This document shows positions 61,336 through 64,000 of a DNA stretch of 64,000 nt, piece after piece; within the stretch, counting starts at the first letter, position 1; each line of letters begins with the position of its first letter. Under the pieces are notes generated by a model. The model made no database searches, was not told the DNA's origin, and was given only the letters and a program-made list of their open reading frames with translations. The stretch is from Methylophilus sp. (lineage in GTDB: Bacteria; Pseudomonadota; Gammaproteobacteria; Burkholderiales; Methylophilaceae): NCBI GenBank assembly GCA_035423825.1, contig DAOMMM010000001.1, forward strand, positions 359,516 to 423,515, in the 5' to 3' direction. The translations under genes were made by a program, and so were the position numbers.

Positions 61336-62217
61336 ATGGACAAAAGACACGAAAACATCCCCTTGTCAGTGCGCCACGCGGGTTATCCTGCAGGTCAGAT
61401 ATTTGTACGACAAGGGGTAATGCTTTCAAGCGCCAAACATCTTTTTAGAGACCATATTTCCGGAGTATGTAAGGTACCCTCCGCCCAGGCATTCCTGCTA
61501 CAAGGAATTGCTCTAATTGCTGTAGTCTTGAGTGTTCAGGCTATCACTTATTTTGTTCCGCTACGCTTTAATCTATTTCTGCTGGTACTGATGCAGGCAC
61601 TGTTCGCTTCTGGCATGTGTGCGATTATCCGTATGGCAATTTGGTGGCGCTGGATTCATTTTGTATTCCCTATTGCGTTATGGTGCATGTCTCAATGGCA
61701 GTTGCCTAACGAGATATATCTAATCGGTTTTCTGGTCAGTCTTGGCTTGTTCTGGACGACTTTTCGTAGCCAAGTTCCCTTTTATCCATCCCGTCCAATT
61801 GTCTGGCGTCAGGTGGCTGAGCTTCTCCCCAAAGATAAACCTATCCGCATGATTGATATCGGCAGCGGCTTGGGGGATTTGGTGATGCATATCGCAGATG
61901 CAAGGCCTAGTAGCCGTGTTTCGGGAATCGAGATTGCACCTTTGCCATTTTTATTAAGCAAGTGGCGGGCCTGGTTTAGGAAATCAACGGCTGTTTTTAT
62001 CCGTGGCAATTACCAGTTGCTTGATTTTTCAGAGTATGACGTCGTATTTGCCTATTTATCTCCCGCCGCCATGCCAGCACTATGGGAAAAGGTACATCAA
62101 GAAATGAAGCAAGGCAGCATGCTAATCAGTTATGAATTTGAGATTCCGGGAGTGAGGCCAAGTCTGGATATACCAGGTAAAGGACATTCTCCCAATATCT
62201 ACGTGTGGAAAATATAG
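61336..62217 (+). CDS. membrane-anchored class I SAM-dependent methyltransferase (FAM173/ATPSCKMT-like)
   Basis: N-terminal hydrophobic segments; QVPFYPS; DIGSGLG; GIEIAP; YDVVFAYLSP; LISYEF. More likely start is ATG 61420. Confidence 0.8.
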   Translation: MDKRHENIPLSVRHAGYPAGQIFVRQGVMLSSAKHLFRDHISGVCKVPSAQAFLLQGIALIAVVLSVQAITYFVPLRFNLFLLVLMQALFASGMCAIIRMAIWWRWIHFVFPIALWCMSQWQLPNEIYLIGFLVSLGLFWTTFRSQVPFYPSRPIVWRQVAELLPKDKPIRMIDIGSGLGDLVMHIADARPSSRVSGIEIAPLPFLLSKWRAWFRKSTAVFIRGNYQLLDFSEYDVVFAYLSPAAMPALWEKVHQEMKQGSMLISYEFEIPGVRPSLDIPGKGHSPNIYVWKI

Positions 62218-62276
62218 GGACGGTGCGCTTTTTAAGGGTGGCGCTCAATCCAACCTAGTAAAATGTTTTCCCCATT

Positions 62277-62302
62277 CAGCCGGATATTCCGGCTGTTTTT
62301 TT
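62277..62302 (+). terminator. Rho-independent terminator closing flhDC-methyltransferase
   Basis: CAGCCGGA-TAT-TCCGGCTG followed by T7. Confidence 0.85.
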
Positions 62303-62318
62303 GCCTATGGCGAATCAC

Positions 62319-62348
62319 GATAAAGCGCAGGAAACATGCTTTTATTCG
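62319..62348 (+). promoter_or_regulatory. candidate FlhDC box upstream of motA
   Basis: GATAAAGCGCA (11/11 identical to the fliL copy)-N13-TATTC. Confidence 0.5.
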
Positions 62349-62436
62349 CAAGATTGATTTTCCATAGCCCCTGCTATCCTGATGAAAATTTTAGAAGAAA
62401 AGGGAACATGGTTTCCTGTTTTTGGAGCGTTTCATT

Positions 62437-63297
62437 ATGTTTGTCATCATTGGATATGTCGTTGTTTGTGGCGCTGTGTTTGGGGGCTATGCGTTGGCTG
62501 GAGGGCATCTGGGAGCTTTATGGCAACCGCTGGAAGTCCTGATGATTTTTGGCGGGGCATTGGGTGCGTTTATCGTCGGCAATGACTCCAAAGCGATCAA
62601 AGCTACGATGAAAGCCTTGCCTACCGTGTTCAAGGGTTCCAAATATAACAAGGCGCTGTACATGGATCTTCTCGCGCTACTCTTCGAAATTTTAAGCAAG
62701 ATACGTAAAGACGGCATGATGTCGATTGAGAATGATGTAGAAAATCCGGAAGCCAGTCCGCTATTCAGCAAATATCCGAAGATCCTGCATGACCATCATT
62801 TGACAGAGTTCATCTGTGACTATCTGCGATTGATGGTCTCTGGGAATATGGATGCCTTTCAGGTAGAGAATCTGATGGACAATGAACTGGAGACGCATCA
62901 CATGGAAGGCCACGTGCCAGCACATTGCATCAATAGGCTGGGGGATGGTTTGCCGGCATTTGGTATCGTCGCCGCGGTGATGGGTGTGGTGCATACGATG
63001 GAGAATGTGGCACTGCCGCCAGCTGAACTGGGTATCTTGATTGCACATGCGCTGGTGGGTACTTTTCTGGGTATTCTACTGGCTTATGGGTTTGTAGGCC
63101 CACTAGGTGGCTTGCTGGAACAAAAGCTGGAAGAAAGCAGCAAGATGTTCCAGACTGTTAAAGTCACGCTGCTTGCCAGCCTCAACGGATATGCGCCAAC
63201 TATTGCAGTCGAGTTTGGCCGAAAAGTGCTTTATTCGACCGAGCGTCCGAAATTTGCCGAGCTTGAATCACACGTGAAACAAGCCAAGGGCAAATAA
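62437..63297 (+). CDS. motA: stator A subunit (enteric type)
   Basis: LWQPLEVLMIFGGA, GDGLPAFGIVAAVMGVV, ALVGTFLG, AVEFGRK. ATG 62437 has a GGAG RBS. Confidence 0.96.
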   Translation: MFVIIGYVVVCGAVFGGYALAGGHLGALWQPLEVLMIFGGALGAFIVGNDSKAIKATMKALPTVFKGSKYNKALYMDLLALLFEILSKIRKDGMMSIENDVENPEASPLFSKYPKILHDHHLTEFICDYLRLMVSGNMDAFQVENLMDNELETHHMEGHVPAHCINRLGDGLPAFGIVAAVMGVVHTMENVALPPAELGILIAHALVGTFLGILLAYGFVGPLGGLLEQKLEESSKMFQTVKVTLLASLNGYAPTIAVEFGRKVLYSTERPKFAELESHVKQAKGK

Positions 63298-63330
63298 TCG
63301 CTTTTTAAACCCACACACAGAGTCTGAGTT

Positions 63331-64000
63331 ATGGCAGAGCAACCAAATAAACCGATTATCGTTAAAAAGATTAAAAAAGGCGGTGGGGGTCATCACGGTG
63401 GCGCCTGGAAAATTGCCTATGCCGATTTTGTTACTGCGATGATGGCGTTCTTCCTGCTGATGTGGTTGCTAGGGTCAGCCTCAAAAGGGCAGCTGGTGGG
63501 TATCGCCGAATATTTCAAGATGCCTTTGAAAGTCGCGGTCATGGGCGGGCCTAGTGTTGGCGCAAGCGATTCATTGCTCAAAGGTGGCGGTAAAGACCTG
63601 ACTAAAGACCAGCTGCAGGTCAAACCGCAAGATGGTACAAAAGAGAAGAACAAGACAGCCGACTTGAAAGATAAGGTCGTTGATGCCGATGAATTGAAGA
63701 AGGCTCTAGCTCAGGCTGAAAAGGCGAAATTGGAAGAACTTAAATCGAAGATAGAAAGTGCAGTTGCATCCAGTGAAACATTAAGAAACTTTAAAAACCA
63801 GCTTCTGCTCGACATCACTTCAGAAGGTTTGCGCATTATCATCGTGGATGAACAGAATCGTCCCATGTTCAACTCAGCAAAAGCCGAACTGCAGCCTTAC
63901 GCCAAACAGATTCTTCAGGAAATTGGCCAGATGCTGAACGGTGTTCCAAACAAGATCAGCCTGTCGGGTCATACGGATGCAACACCATATGCGAGTGGCG
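63331..64000 (+). CDS. motB: stator B subunit, 3'-truncated by the window edge
   Basis: Read manually: MAEQPNKPIIVKKIKKGGGGHHGGAWKIAYADFVTAMMAFFLLMWLL...SLSGHTDA; open to the end of the window. Confidence 0.93.
   Translation, partial: MAEQPNKPIIVKKIKKGGGGHHGGAWKIAYADFVTAMMAFFLLMWLLGSASKGQLVGIAEYFKMPLKVAVMGGPSVGASDSLLKGGGKDLTKDQLQVKPQDGTKEKNKTADLKDKVVDADELKKALAQAEKAKLEELKSKIESAVASSETLRNFKNQLLLDITSEGLRIIIVDEQNRPMFNSAKAELQPYAKQILQEIGQMLNGVPNKISLSGHTDATPYASG

Noticed and set aside
1837-62436. Upstream alternative starts in the ORF track (flaG 1837, fliF 9199, fliG 10851, fliH 11836, fliE 9026, flgJ 43567, flgB 49965, motA 62422)
   Set aside because: Downstream ATG/GTG codons with a clear RBS or stop-start overlap fit better; the apparent N-terminal extensions are probably not real.
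63331-63480. Leu 11 residues after the MotB Asp read as a Na+-stator signature
   Set aside because: That rule comes from Bacillus MotB/MotS. FFLLMW is, as I recall, common in betaproteobacterial MotB, so it is not diagnostic.

Overview
The window holds a nearly complete, intact betaproteobacterial flagellar and chemotaxis supercluster: fliC-flaG-fliDST, fliE/fliF-K, a che region, fliL-R, flgB-L, flgAMN, flhBAFG-fliA-motCD, flhDC and motAB (motB is cut at the window edge). FlhDC/FliA regulation plus an fae paralogue is most consistent with a Methylophilaceae-type methylotroph, which is an inference. I found no rRNA, tRNA, CRISPR array or mobile element. The best candidate for an under-described system is the accessory chemosensory island at about 15.7-35.4 kb. 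It encodes a formaldehyde-activating-enzyme (Fae) paralogue with a 9-aa loop insertion and a ~33-aa C-terminal tail. This gene has its own sigma28-type promoter and sits directly in front of cheR-cheD-cheB. The island also carries three EWEEF-tailed receptors (two share a 958-bp identical signalling domain), a PAS-PAS-GGDEF cyclase behind a perfect FNR-type box, a CheZ-like orphan protein and a second FliJ. An RRxxD[KR] micro-motif recurs in non-canonical extensions of Fae, CheA and FliI. Other highlights are a membrane-anchored FAM173-like methyltransferase downstream of flhDC, a TGTAGGA-N5-(T/A)CCTACA palindrome shared by flhD and the second fliJ, a 238-aa minimal flagellin, and an FlhG lacking its P-loop. 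All motif calls were made by eye, comparisons to reference proteins are from memory, and no database searches were run.
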